Shown: positions 37,005-50,620, numbered from the whole stretch's first letter. The stretch: 63,314 nucleotides of DNA, filler included, from Rhabdomonas costata (GCA_019059605.1; 40 parts of 40 records of this genome joined end to end with filler, not necessarily neighbours in it), one strand, 5' to 3'. The notes: a model not told the origin generated them from the sequence alone. Translations and numbers: made by a program.

Positions 37005-39029
37005 GTGTTAATCTCTCCTCCACCCTCCCTTCCGGCTTCTGGCAGGGGCTAACTGTGTTCCGGTACCCCACGACCCCATGCTGGTACTCAGAACTTCGCT
37101 GCCCTTCACCTGAAAGAAGTGCATGGGAATGTTTGAGCAGCAGGGGATGAAGCGCATTTCATGAACATTTGGAACGGCAATTTTGCGGAAAAACAAAAGG
37201 CGATCGCAAAGGCTTGCTTGGCCGCGGGGCTCCTTGAGCCAAACACCTAGCACGTTCTCCTGATAGAAGTGTTACCAGGCGGGTCTTGGGTTGATTCCAA
37301 TCCTGGTTAGTTTGGGATTTTATGGTTTTTGTCGTTGCTTCTGTGTTTAGCGTTCAATACATTTAGTTGAGAGCAGCGGACTCGTACCCATGAATAGCGC
37401 TCACTTCTCAATTTGAGTGGGGCGGAGCAAAGTCGTGAAAACGCAAGAGGAAATTCGGTTGAGAAACATGAAAAATTTAGTTTTTCCGGTCGCATGAACC
37501 CTCTTCGCGGTCCTACAAAGATAATGCTCGGGATAGGATTTCAAGAAACAACAACAACGCTGCATCTGGCTCTCGACAGGCTTTCCTGCTTCTGCTATAA
37601 TTGCACCCTTCATGAAAAGATGCAACGGTTTACATTCTACCCCTGTATTTACTCGCGTGCATGCTTCTTCGGTTGTGGAAGGTATTGTACTAAGTAAAGG
37701 TCACAACAGTTTCCCGGAATTGAATGTTTTTGCTTTTCTGGCAGTGTTTCTGGCAGCATTTTTAAAAAGAAATTGCAATTTAAAAACACTGTGAAAAACA
37801 ATTAATAAACTGGAGTTGGCCGAAACAAAGCGGAAACAGATTTTGCAAAAAAAAAATCTATTTGCATCGTGGAGGGGTATGAATCAGAGTCTATAAGTTA
37901 GTTTCTGGTGCAAGTGTAGTACTTTCTGGTGCTACTGCCGCTGCCCCCCCCACANNNNNNNNNNNNNNNNNNNNNNNNNNNNNNNNNNNNNNNNNNNNTT
38001 AATTAATTAANNNNNNNNNNNNNNNNNNNNNNNNNNNNNNNNNNNNNNNNNNNNGGTTGTGGGGGATTGTTGCATCATGCTTGAATGTAAGATATGCAAT
38101 GGCCGCAACCCCAAATCAAACAAAGCTCCGCCAACGGCCGCCTCATCACCTACATTCAAGCATGATGCAACAATCCCCTAGCAACGCTCCTTCACCTGGG
38201 AACCCTTCTTCACCTTTCTGGGGCAAAGCGCCTTGGATAGAGGTGGAGGTGAGACCGAACCACATTGTTTGCCAAATCCCACTGAGAGTGCTTTGCCAAT
38301 GGGTTTTGGTACCTGACCTGCTGTGAAATTCTTATGAATACTAGGCGAAAACGACAACGATGCGAGGAGTTGTCTTTTGAAATTCCAGACTTGCTGGCTT
38401 GAAATTCCTTCTTGCAGAAACCAAAAGATGACAGCGAAAAAAAAAAGACAGAAAATGTTGACGGTAAACAATATACACTTTTTCTTCACCGTCGTCTTTT
38501 AAAGGTAATGAGCACTATCGTGTCCATCTGTCTCCTTTTAAAGGCAAAAGCGCAATCCCACAAATGCAGGACCCGCCTCCCAAGGGAACAGCGTGCCAGC
38601 GTGCCAGCGTGTTTTTAACAGGGATGAAAGCCTGGGCTTTGAAACTCAGCAAGACAGCGGCAGCAAAGATTTGAAGGGTTGTGCGAGTTGGAAACAAAGG
38701 TACCTATGGGGAAATAGATTCAGCACAATTGCACCAAAAAGTCACACAGCATGAAGAAAGGGACGAAAGAAGCAGCACCAATCAAACTCACGCGCGTGGT
38801 TGAAAAAAGATGATAGAACAACAGGCGTGACACGGAAAACATAAAATTTTCAATTTTTCTTTTCTTTTTCTTCCACTGAAGAGAAGGTGGAAAAAGGGTA
38901 GGCGTCTGACGAAGAGTGAGGGAGAAGCCACAAAGGGGAGCTGGGGCAGGCAATAATCTGGCCATATGGCGGGGTGCGTGCGACAAACCCCCTTGGTTCG
39001 GCAAACAATCCGGTGTTGCAGTGTTGCGG

Positions 39030-39197
39030 AGGGAACCCCAGCGAAAAGGATCATCTCATCGGCAGTCAGTGAGCGGGTCATCTGCCCCACCACAGAGAGC
39101 ATCGTTTGGGGCAGCAGGCCCTCTGCCAGAGCCTTCCGCTTGTCCGCCGCCTGGTGCACCAACTTAAGTTGCGCCAGGGTCATCTCAAGATTGATTC
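39030..39197 (-). CDS. Probable exon of a hypothetical protein
   Basis: CAG acceptor, then a GC3-rich frame INLEMTLAQLKLVHQAADKRKALAEGLLPQTMLSVVGQMTRSLTADEMILFA. The 3' boundary is uncertain. Confidence 0.35.
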
Positions 39198-40105
39198 CTG
39201 TAAACGTCATGCCACAAGCCCAAAGACGGAGGAGACAAGCAGCGTGAGGGCAGAACTCTTACTCGAACTTGTATTATGTAAAGACGATGTGAAGCTCCAT
39301 CAATTCAAGCTATATCCCCGCTTGATCATTGATTTACTCTTTTCAAGCTGTGAAAAGCTCGCGCAACGTACGTAGAAGAATCCTTTTGTTGCTCTACCAC
39401 GCTGACCACCTGACCACAGTGAAGCTGCGGATCCACTTCTATTCTTGTTTGCAATGGCACCAAGTGGTCCATTAGACGCCCCCCCCCCTTCCTTCCTCTT
39501 CCCTGGCGGTAGCGAGGCCAAAATTGTGACACAAAAACCNNNNNNNNNNNNNNNNNNNNNNNNNNNNNNNNNNNNNNNNNNNNTTAATTAATTAANNNNN
39601 NNNNNNNNNNNNNNNNNNNNNNNNNNNNNNNNNNNNNNNTTGTTGGTCTCAGAAGCACTGCGAGTCGAGCTGTTGTGAATTTTCTCGGGTCTCTTACGGT
39701 CCCGAGCTCGCAGTGCTGTCACCTCGGCTTCGTGTGAGACAGCACTGCTTTGCTTCGGCGAAGCGTGCAGACCATGAAGCCCTTCCGACAGGATGCTGCC
39801 TGAAACAACCCCGGAGGAGTCCCCGCAACCGGGGGTATAGTGGGCGCCTCACTCTCCGACTGGAGTAGGAGTGGCTCCGGGCTCCGGGGTTGAGGTCCGG
39901 GGTTGAGGTCCACATGTGCATTCACGAAGCAGGTATGCGAGCTCCAGCTCCGCTGTGAGTGTTGCAGGACCCTGCCATCAACCTGGGATGCAAAACAGAT
40001 CCTGAGCACACGCACGCACGCATGCACATGCCGTGGGTTAGAATTTGAACCCGTTCGATAGTTTGCCGTGAACCCCGGCTCCCTCTCTCCTGTGGTCCCG
40101 TGCAG

Positions 40106-40365
40106 GCTCTTCGTGGACTCAGATCAACGATGGCAGCAGCAGCTACACCGAGGTGAACGGGCAAGGCTGTGGAGTGCTTAATGGGAAAGTCTGGGTTGTC
40201 GGTGGGGGCTCCAGTAGCGTGTGGAGCAGCAGCACCGGGGCCACTGGGAGCTGGTCGCAGATCTCCCCCACCACCTCGATTTTCAGCACGCGGAGCTTCT
40301 TCGGGTTTGCTATCATGAACACGAAGATGTGGGTTGCTGGGGGATCCGGGAGTTATCTCAACGAT
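40106..40365 (+). CDS. Kelch-like beta-propeller repeat exon
   Basis: Two repeats, VLNGKVWVVGG...VWSS...SWSQI and RSFFGFAIMNTKMWVAGG..YLND, bounded by CAG and GTATGT. Confidence 0.8.
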
Positions 40366-41262
40366 GTATGTGCCCATGCCTTCCTTTCCTGTCACGTCCT
40401 CCGGCCCCGCGCCGGGCGGGGAGTTTACTTCTTTCGTTGCAAGGATTTGCCTTCCGTTCAATACTGACAAATCCAAACCAAAGGAAAGGCCTTTTCCAAA
40501 AATTGTAACCCGCCAAGGACTGGGCACGGTTGCTGGCCTCACTGTCATTCACAACGACGAAGTCTTGTTAGCGCTAATAAATGAGGTTGTCTGGGAACAT
40601 GCTAATAAGTGAACCCGGAAGTTTCTTGGAAGACCTAAAAAGCAGACAGATATGGAATAATATTGAAGGGACTGCTGCACCGAATGCGCGATTTTTTTTT
40701 GGGGAGGGGTGATTCCGTGACTACGTAAAGGTCGGTTGCGGGGGAGTTTGCGGTGCAACGTAAGAATTTGCATGGAAAATATAAGGCGGATGTGCAAAAT
40801 GAGACTGAAAAAATGAGTCTCACTCGGCCATTTGTTAGGGGTCAGAGATGGATTATGTTGAGGTGGATCCGCGAGGGAGGGGGAGGGAGGTCGGACACCT
40901 CGGGGTCGTTTTGGGTTAGAAGTCGATGCAAGCGCGCTGTGCTGAATTTGAGCTTTGAGCAGTGTGCGGTACGGATGCTCGAAAAACCTAACGCCATTCC
41001 CAGTTTCCTATCCATCACTGAACATTTCACATGGATCTCCCAAGTCTCCGCTCTGCAGCGCTAAATATGACTGCCACCGAACCCCACCCCTTGCACACAC
41101 ATGCGGGAAATCCGCCTTGGATGTNNNNNNNNNNNNNNNNNNNNNNNNNNNNNNNNNNNNNNNNNNNNTTAATTAATTAANNNNNNNNNNNNNNNNNNNN
41201 NNNNNNNNNNNNNNNNNNNNNNNNTTTGTGTTGTGTGTGTGCGTCGGGGGGGGGTATGTCAG

Positions 41263-42008
41263 CCGGGACTCTGAGGTTGAACAGCTGATGGCCCGGCGCG
41301 AGAAGGAGTTCAGCTTTGACTATTCGTGGCTCACCGACGTGAGAGAGAAGGTCCTCTTTGAGCACACAGGTGTTGCTGTCTCCCTGTTCCCCTTTCTCTT
41401 CCTTGCCTTCATCTGAATTTTGGCTGTTTGACAGTTTCCCGAGCTTGCTGCTTCAGCTCTTTGGAAAACCAAAACACCCCTTTCCCCACCCCGTTTAAAT
41501 GTCCCATTGACGGGACATTTAAATGGAGGTGAATGCATTTTATTGCGGTTAGTCAAAATGGAGTGGGCACAGCAGTTGAACCAAAGCGCTTGGAAAATTT
41601 AATCTCACACGGAATTTCGGACATTGAGTCGCTTTTACCTTTTACCACCTAGTACCCAAGAGTTCAATAATCAAAATTTTCTCATTCTTTCCGCTTCACC
41701 GATCACCGACGTGGGAGTTTTCCAGCCTTTCATTTTGCCCGTCGGCAATAAAGCGGAGAGGTGCAGTCAGGAGACAAGGACCATGTTGGTGGACTGAAGT
41801 TCCACACTTCAAGCTCCAATTGAGCCATTGCACTAACTTGGAACCAGCAGCGCCCTTCCCCTCCCCAGCAAGCGTGGTGCATCCACAGCCTACCGGGTGC
41901 TCCCCTTGGTTCGCATTCGGGGTCGTGTGCTGGTCACGGACAAGGTGATCTACTTTCAGACTTTCAACACCCTGGAAGCCTTCCCTTTAATCCGGTTCTC
42001 CTTGAGCG
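41263..42008 (+). CDS. NSMAF: FAN/NSMAF-like protein (GRAM/PH region preceding BEACH), two exons
   Basis: FSFDYSWLTDVREKVLFEHT (to 41369) spliced to AYRVLPLVRIRGRVLVTDKVIYFQTFN...P (from 41889). A further LEIFD-like segment near 42600 may belong to the gene. Confidence 0.75.
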
Positions 42009-42919
42009 GTGTGAAACGAGGCTAGTGTGCGCTGTGGGGCTGGGGATGAACTTCTCCCCATGGTTCTGTTCCTTGTTCTAACCATTTCTAACATTTTTTG
42101 AACGCAAGAATTGCCCGGCACTGTCACAGTTCAGTCAACGTACAACAACAGGAGGAAAACAACAAAAATCAACATAACAAGAGGAAAACAAGAAAAATCA
42201 ATCGAACGGGCCGTGGCGGAGAAGGGCAAACAACTCGCGCGGCGCGCCGAACGGTCTCCAAAGCTGCAATAATCAGGACAAACAGACGTGGGCGGCAGAA
42301 GGAGAAAGCACAGATCACACGATGCGTGAATAAAAAAGAAAACGCTGAAGGCAGAAAGGCTGGATGTGTGCATATAGAGCCCGGAGTAAGCGAAACGTCT
42401 TTACAAAGAGTTGGCCTCGCTTGACCTCCTTTCAATGAAAAAAGAGTTAATACATACATGCACAAACCGCCGGAGGACTGAAGCAGCAAATGGGCAACTG
42501 GTCATAGAAGCAGGAACGCCCCGTCGCATGTTGTGTAATTTCCTATTCTCACTCACTGTTTCTATTTGAGTGTCTATTATTTCGCCATCTAACGCCGTCT
42601 AGAAATTTTTGACGGTGTGTCAAGTCACCCCTCCGTGTCCGTGTCTTTTGGCCTGCCATCAGCGGCGAGTTCAGACGACATCCTTGAGTGGAAATCCTGC
42701 ACAAAACCCNNNNNNNNNNNNNNNNNNNNNNNNNNNNNNNNNNNNNNNNNNNNTTAATTAATTAANNNNNNNNNNNNNNNNNNNNNNNNNNNNNNNNNNN
42801 NNNNNNNNNGTGTTGGTGTGTTTGGTTTGTGTTTTTGTTGACCCAGTGCCATTCTGGTTTAGTGTAGTTGGAGGTTGGAAGTTTGATGGTCGTTAGTCAC
42901 GTGGTCAATGAAAAGGAAG

Positions 42920-42964
<45 letters not shown>

Positions 42965-43467
42965 GCACGCGCGCCCAAAGAGCCCAGTGGATCATCAACG
43001 AGGATGGGGACGAGATGGCCATGGAGGAAGGGAGGCAGAGTGAGCAGAAGGGGAATGTTCAAGAACCCACTGGTTCACCAAGAGATGGCCAAGCACACGG
43101 AGATACAGCGCGAGTGGACCACAACACAGGATGTGACTGCGACGCAAGCCGTCCCTGGGGACGTTAAGGGGAAACCTGGCGGAGAAGGGAGGCCCGACAA
43201 GTCTCCCCGATGGACGCCACCAGATCCGAGAAACCAAGTCACCAAGCATCAAACAGTAATTGCCCAAAGGTGTGAGGCCTGGTGGGCCCATGCCCAATCG
43301 AAATGTGGGAGCTAAGTGGGGTAAGTGGACTTCGAGTCCTCTCCAGAAAAAATCCACTCTGCCCAAGTGCACCAAGTGTATGTGTGTGTGTGGGGGGGGG
43401 GGTCGAGGGGACGAGGAAGTGCATACGTTTCCTGCTGGCAGTGCGGATGGATATGTGGTATCTTAGG

Positions 43468-43945
43468 GTGACAACACGGGTGCGGTCCCTCAAGGGAGGC
43501 GATGGGGGGAAGATGGACTCCACCTCCACGTTGTCATCCAAGGTTTGTGGCCCTGTTCTTCATTCACTTTAGCCGAAAGTATGAAAAAAAAACAACCCAG
43601 ACAAACCCCCCAAATGGCAGTGGAAACACGGCCCATCCCAGTTTAGCCAGTTTGACATTGTTCTGGCTGCGGCCCGCTGGGCATCTCCTGATTTGGGGAT
43701 GGTGTCGCTTTCACTACTTGTGTGTGTATTTGTGTGCAATTGAGCCACTGAACTGAGCTTTCCCAAGAACCTCTGCCCAGCAGAAGAAGCAGAAGACGCA
43801 CCCCAAGCAGCGGCCAAGCAGCGGGAGATTATTCAAAACGCTGGATACATAATCGACTTCCATGCAAGCAATGCGTTGTGCACGTTGTGCATGTATTTGC
43901 TGTGTGCTTGCCTGCAAACTGTGTGCATCTTGTGTGAGCCTTCGC

Positions 43946-43985
<40 letters not shown>

Positions 43986-44085
43986 ACAGGACAGCCGACC
44001 TGCTACTCGCCAAAAGCTGCCCCCGGAATCGCTGGACTTGTTCCTCCCCGACCCACCAGGCTCTGAGGAGGACAGCGATACCGAG
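43468..44085 (+). CDS. Hypothetical multi-exon gene fragment
   Basis: Exon-like blocks ~43468-43541, ~43768-43863 and 43990-44086 with AG acceptors can be joined in frame. No family recognised. Confidence 0.35.
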
Positions 44086-46128
44086 GGTTCGTGCTTTGGT
44101 GGAATTGCCTTTTCTTTCTTGTGGTCCCAGAACCGCATCAGTAAAACTCGCGCTTTCTTTTGGTGACTGAAGGTCGTCAGCAAAGCTTTCCAAGATGGTG
44201 TTATGCGGCACTGGACCAGGCGCTGACTCCGTAGTTTTCTCATCAGTTCTCCGCTCACACCATTTCCCGCACACACACACACATTTCTCGGATCGACCAG
44301 ATGNNNNNNNNNNNNNNNNNNNNNNNNNNNNNNNNNNNNNNNNNNNNTTAATTAATTAANNNNNNNNNNNNNNNNNNNNNNNNNNNNNNNNNNNNNNNNN
44401 NNNGTGGGGGGTCCGTTAAACGTATAACGGCGATATATGCGAACAATACAAATTCTGTTGCTGTTTTCCCTGTTTTCCCCATGATGTCACGGGCCGCGGA
44501 GCGCACGCTCCTGGAGGTCCCCTTTCTCTCGCAGGAGGTTTGCGATACACGTGTTCTTTGGGACTTTTCAGAACTGAGTGTCGTGTAACGCCGATACGTA
44601 TGCGGCGTATAACGAGGTTATATGTATAACGACAAAATTCGCGTTATACGGAACTCCCCCCCCCTCATACTCACAGTGCCCCTCTCTTTCGTTCTTGTGT
44701 CTTTGCTTTGTATTTCTACACGTATTTCTACACGTATTTCATCCTCCACTCACGCAAGTTTAACAAAATATGGCCCACGATGGCAAAGGATCGTTTGGAG
44801 GGCACGTCTGTTGCGCAGACGTGATGGGCGGGCGTTTGGAAAAGCACGTGACGAGATACTCAATATACGGAAAGGGAGTGGCTCCGCACCTCAGTGCGTC
44901 GGGCACCCTCTTCCTGCAGCAGCTGGAGAATAGCTAGGTTGGGGTTTACGGGAGAAGGCGAGCGCCGCGAGCTCGTCGCGATGTCTGAGGCCCGGCCAGA
45001 CCGAGCCCCATCTTGGAGGCTGGGACTACCCTGTTTATTTCAATGACGGAGCAACACCTTCCACCTCCTCCCATTCCTTTACAGCGGGGGCTGTTTGGGT
45101 AGGCAAAATGGACACACGTTCATGCAAATTGGACAGCTAAGGCAAAACCTATACAGTTGACCGAACAGAAACAAAAATAACTCCAAATGGTAAATATTGT
45201 AATTGTTCTGCGGAAATTTGCGAAAAATTTACCACTGAAAACAAGTGGGATGAAGAAATGGCGAAACCATGAGGACCCATCATTGAGGTGGTGACTCCGG
45301 GCCTTTATTTTTCTGTCAACAGGTCTGAGCCGGCAGCCAGAAGAGAGAGAGTCGCTGCTCATAGAGACTTGGAGTCTCTATGATCAGTATATAGCAGTCT
45401 GACCAGATTAGAAAAAATTTCGGGTAACCTTAGGAATCACTTAAATTGGACTTCCATAATGTTTTTGACCTTTGCGCTTTCGATGGAAAATTTGCCTTGA
45501 CAGCTGTCCGATTTGCATTATTGCGGTGGCCGCCGCCGTATATCACCCCCGCAACAACAACAACAGATTTCCATGGGGTAATGACTCTGGGAAGCGCTGC
45601 CCACAAGGTACCCAATAAGCTTGCAGGAACTTACCGACACGCTGAGGTGCGCGACATACAGCATAGACCACGAACAAATGCAAATGAGAGAGCAAAAAAG
45701 CAACCCCACTCACAGCTTGTCCTCACCGAAACTTCCAGTTGTCAGCTGCGTGTGTTCGGCAATGAAGATAAGCGCTGTGCCAATGCACACCTGGCCAAGA
45801 AAGGCATTCGTGACGCCCCGGGGGCTTGGAACAAGTACATGGAAGAAACTCATCGAAACAGAACGCTACCGCACATCGCCACACAACANNNNNNNNNNNN
45901 NNNNNNNNNNNNNNNNNNNNNNNNNNNNNNNNTTAATTAATTAANNNNNNNNNNNNNNNNNNNNNNNNNNNNNNNNNNNNNNNNNNNNGTGGGGTGGTGG
46001 AACGAAGCATCAGGGAAAATTGGCCGCTGGTTGGATGTACGTTTTTATGTGACAAGGCGAACACCGAAGAAAAATCACACCACCCCAGAATCTCGCCTTT
46101 ACCTCGGGGGATTGGCCGAATTATATGT

Positions 46129-46389
46129 GGCGCTCCTAAACTTGCCCGGTACACTTTGGAAATATTGATCCTGCAGGGGGTTAGGGCAACATGTATCAGG
46201 AGGGAGGTTCCCCCCGGGGACTTTCCTAGCGTTTTCTGCTGTTATTCAGCAATGTTTTCTATCTTTAATATGGAAGGTTTGTGTTCTGATGATGAGAAGT
46301 TGAGAGCTTTCTTGGTCAAATATGGAGTGCTGGGTGCACCAAAGTCTTGTTCAGCCTTCTGCTGTATACAGGGCAAGTTTAGGTACGCC
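46129..46389 (+). mobile_element. Non-autonomous Merlin (IS1595/ISXO2-like) DNA transposon deletion derivative, 261 bp
   Basis: TIRs of about 24 bp starting GG (GGCGCTCCTAAACTTGCCC / GGGCAAGTTTAGGTACGCC). 8-bp flanks TTATATGT and TCATATAT (6/8 identical, TSD-like). Internal MFSIFNMEGLCSDDEKLRAFLVKYGVLGAPKSCS resembles a Merlin transposase N-terminus. Confidence 0.7.
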
Positions 46390-46626
46390 TCATATATGGA
46401 CCTTCTGCCGCAGAATTCCCTGTGTTCAGGTCAATTCCAAAAATTCCAATTCCAAACGTTCGGGCTTTGCGAAAGGTCCTTCTTTGGTACTGCATGCACT
46501 CCAAGCTGTTCTCGGTATTCACTTTCATTGATTGCTATTGCTAAACTAGTGAAGAAAAAATGAGCATAAAATAAGGAAACGGGGAAGTTCAGACAGCTGG
46601 CAGCTGGCAGAGTGGTGTGCTCGCAC

Positions 46627-47344
46627 CTTCTCCACACAGAGCAGCATAAGGCTGAGGATCAACTTCTTCTCAGTTTCGGGCTTCAGAAACTGTGCGGAAA
46701 CAAAAGCCCACAAAATGGCACAAAATGGGGGGAGGGCAAGAGTTGTGACTGAAATTTTTGGCCCACTTGCCGTGAGTAATTGGCCGCAGGGGCAGCCAAC
46801 CCACACACACCCGCCGCAGAAGCTTGGCCCTTTCGGGGATTTGCTTAATAATGTTCTCGTCAAAAAGAGACTCGAACAGCAGCATCACCATCTCCCCGTC
46901 GTCCAGGCTGAGATCCAGCAATCACAAACACGCACACACCAGGTCTGGGGTGTGGCAAAGAAGGCCCAAATACGGGGTGAGGGCGGCCTGAGGGTGAAAG
47001 GCTTTGTTAGGCCAATTAAATGACCAAAGACTCCTTGTTTGCTTCGGCTTCGCCCTTTTTACCCATAGGTTGTCGGCCAAACGGGAAAAGGAGTGAAAAA
47101 TGTGCAAAAACGACCCAGGCAATGCTAAGTGGCCTGTGGACGGTGTTATGGGCACAATTTTGGACGGAAGGCGAGGCCAAAGGTTTGGGTCCGATGAATT
47201 TTTTTGGGGTATGGGAAAGAGAGAGGGGGTCACACCCGTAATCGTTCTTCATGTCGAAGACTTTTCCAGAAATGTCCAAGTCGGACGGAGCGGGCTGTTC
47301 GTTCACGAACTCACGCAGTACCTCGACGGGGTTGGGAAGGTCAG
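46627..47344 (-). CDS. EIF5: eIF5-like C-terminal W2/HEAT domain, three exons
   Basis: Exons 47236-47344, 46811-46907 and 46627-46689 join in phase: NPVEVLREFV...KNDYGLDDGEMVMLLFESLFDENIIKQIPERAKLLRRFLKPETEKKLILSLMLLCVEK. This resembles the eIF5 L...LF.E.I..QI.....L.RF segment. Confidence 0.65.
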
Positions 47345-47572
47345 CTGGAAAAAACATCCGAAAGCGCTGTTTTATCTCTTACACTTTTTTCATGAGGTAT
47401 GTGCTGCAAGGAGAAAAGTGTAAGAGATAAAACAGCGCTTTCGGATGTTTTTTCCAGCTGACCTTCCCACCCNNNNNNNNNNNNNNNNNNNNNNNNNNNN
47501 NNNNNNNNNNNNNNNNTTAATTAATTAANNNNNNNNNNNNNNNNNNNNNNNNNNNNNNNNNNNNNNNNNNNN

Positions 47573-48411
47573 TTCGAGCCCTTGTCGAACTGCACCCTGG
47601 CGGACGTGGAGCGCTCGAGCCGGCCCTTCTACGGGCCAGAGTGGCCCGGGATCACCCCCGCCGCGCGGTACAGCATGGAGCTACCCCGGGCGTTTATCCG
47701 GATGGGGTACACCTGGTGGAGGGCCCAGTCCATGAGGTACCTCCTTCGGCCCAACCGCTGGTTCACTGAGCACCTGGGGAAAGTGAATGCCGAGACGCGG
47801 CCCCGGCCCATTCGGGTGCCCTCCCTCTCTGTCAGTATCCACGCCCGCCGCAGCGACAAGGTGGGCTCCTTCACGAAGGGGAAGGAGATGGACGCGGTGC
47901 CCCTGGCGCAGTACATGGCGTATGCTGAGAAGTTCCGTGAGGCCTACCCCGGGGCGTCCACGGTGTTTCTCTCTTCTGAGGTGCGCGGGTTGCGTTCAGT
48001 TTTGCTCGTCTGTGCTGCGTCTATGCTTATCATATGCTCTGCAGGATGCACCATGTCTCTGGTTGTGGTGTGAAATGTTTTGACCATCAGAGCCTTGCCA
48101 TGGAGCAGATGTTTGAATCCGAGTCTTGAGAGGACAGGTTTTGCTTCGGAGTGCTTCGGATTTTGCACTTCGGAGTGCTTCGGGTTTTTCTGTTTGCGAA
48201 AAGAACCGCTGAATTTGTTTGTTGGTGCCAGTCGAACCGGCCGTTCCAGTTTTCATCCTTCATTTTCCTTCGAATTTTTCAGGATGGCAATGTGATCCGT
48301 CAAGCCTATAGGGATTACCCCCACTTTCAGTTCCTGATTGTCCCAGAGGACAGGGCGAACTTAAACCACGATCAGTTTGTCAAGCGATTCGGTCCGTTGC
48401 GCATGATGGAG
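47573..48411 (+). CDS. GT23 alpha-1,6-fucosyltransferase-like (FUT8/NodZ family), two exons
   Basis: FEPLSNC...WWRAQSMRYLLRPN...SIHARRSDK...E...LAQYM...VFLSSE (47573-47980) joined to DGNVI... (48283-48411). Confidence 0.88.
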
Positions 48412-49181
48412 GTACGCGTTTATTCATCTCCCACCCACCATTCTCACGTTTTTCTTGCGGAAGATAGATATACAGATTTCGACCTCAGTTAGCTTCTGTT
48501 CTTGCAACAGGAACTGTATGATCTTGTGTTGTTCACTGACTTGAGTCCAGGAAATAAGTTCCCTTATTACCGTGGTGGTGGTCTGAAGCGGGTGAACATC
48601 TTTTGCTGCTGACGAATGGCAGGGTTGGATTGTGACAAGTTAGCGTTCTGTCGTTCATGGGAAGCAAGACTACTGTGGGAACGGTCAGTCTTTTAAAGGA
48701 GTCCCCCTGGGGCGTACATTCAGCCGAAGGCCGCGGCGTACATAGACGGAACTGCTTTAGCTTCGGCCTCATAAGACTCGTTTTTTTTTCGTATCTTTCT
48801 TCGCGGAAAGAGGCTTGATCGATTACAGGCTGGGTTATTATGCTGCTCAATTTACTGAAACATTGGCAACCATGACGGGAAGGAACCGTGGGAAACGATG
48901 ATCGAACATTACAATTGACCAGGTTTCGATGCTGAACTTGTACTTCCACCAGCAGTGCGATTTCTTCGTCCACACCCGAAAGTCGAACTGGTGCCGGCTG
49001 ATCGACGAAATGCGAATGACCAATGGAAAGTTCGCCTCTCCAATGGTGTGGCTGAATNNNNNNNNNNNNNNNNNNNNNNNNNNNNNNNNNNNNNNNNNNN
49101 NTTAATTAATTAANNNNNNNNNNNNNNNNNNNNNNNNNNNNNNNNNNNNNNNNNNNNGGATTCGAAAATAGCGGCGCGCAC

Positions 49182-50620
49182 CTCCTTGACGACCACCTTC
49201 TGCACGGGGTACGGCCTCTGGACGTGCACGATCCTCTCCACAGGAACGGTGACTTGGCGCACCTGAGGCAGGCAGACAATCCAAAGAAAGACGGTAGGGG
49301 AAGGACTGAACGACCCAACGTTGGAGAAGAGGCAAAACGCAGTGGTGCCTGTACAAATAATGGAAGGCGGAAAATATAACAAACGAACATTGGTACCAGC
49401 GTGCAAAGCCCTTACAATCACTGGTGCCAGAAGTACAAGAAGGCCGCCAGAGAAAACAAACCAAATTTCGAACCGTAAATGCGACCAACTCTGAGTAAAA
49501 TCTCTTCTCCCCATTCTTGTCCTGAGTGAAAGCCTTCTCCTGCCCTCCCCATTCACACTCTGCCACGCAAAACGAGAGGTCGGTGTGACTGACTCATCCG
49601 GCGAAACAACGAGGATACAATGAGTATGCGGCACAACGGTGACAGCGAAGCCTTCCGCTGAAGAAAAACCTGTGAGGAGTTGCAAAGAAAAGAGTGCACA
49701 AAGGGCGCACCAAGCTCCGGAAGCTCCTATCATTCCCGACAAGCCTCGCCACATAAGAAGACGGGACTCCACAAAGGCAAAAGGCAAAACGAGATGCGCG
49801 GGAGCGGGGGGAAGTGCACATACCCTTGCGGCCAATCGCCTCCACTTCCGCCTTGTTTAGCAGATGCGGGGGGCCGGCGGAGCTGCACAATGGAGAAAAA
49901 ACCCCGTAAGCCCACGAACGCAACTCCCCGAACAAAAAGCATGCACATCCCACGCAGCCGTGAAAAGAAAAACAGCAGCCCCTGTATAAAACACAAGTGC
50001 GGCAAACGGATCTATGCTCTTCGAAAGTCCACACGAGCGTCGGAACAGCAGCCAGCAGCCCAAGGCCGAAGCCTTGGGAGAGGAAGCCACCGCAGAAGAA
50101 ATCAATGCCCATGCCGGGCCCCCCCAGCCATCTCTCTGGCACGGCACACATACGGCACGGGGCGGGGGCCTGGCCAGCGACGTAGGGGGCGCACTCCACC
50201 GTGCGGCGGTTCACGCTGGTCACGGTGTGCACCACGGGCTCCTCCACCACGCGCACCGGGGTCACGATGTGCTGGGTGTGCTCCACCCGGGTCACCACCT
50301 CGTACGGGATCACCACCTTCTTCACAACCTAAACCCGCCAGCAAACCTCCACTGACACTCCCAACACCCGCAACCCTGAGATCCCCTCGCACCGCTCACC
50401 CACGCCACCCCGGCCGCAAACGCCAAGAAAAGGTATCAAGCTCAAACCGCAACCCACAGACTGGGAAACAGATCAAAGACACAGAACAAAGCGTGGAACG
50501 GGCAAAACGCAAGCAGGATTCGAAAATAGCGGCGCGCACCTCCTTGACGACCACCTTCTGCACGGGGTACGGCCTCTGGACGTGCACGATCCTCTCCACA
50601 GGAACGGTGACTTGGCGCAC
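49182..50620 (-). CDS. Articulin-like (VPV-repeat pellicle/epiplasm protein) exons
   Basis: Exon 50540-50620 (VRQVTVPVERIVHVQRPYPVQKVVVKE) splices to 50328-~50170 (VVKKVVIPYEVVTRVEH...PVRVVEEPVV). The first exon recurs identically at 49182-49262. Confidence 0.8.

Noticed and set aside
42960..43320. Possible LINE endonuclease remnant (WIINED resembling WIIGGDFN)
   Set aside because: A single weak motif with no supporting motifs.
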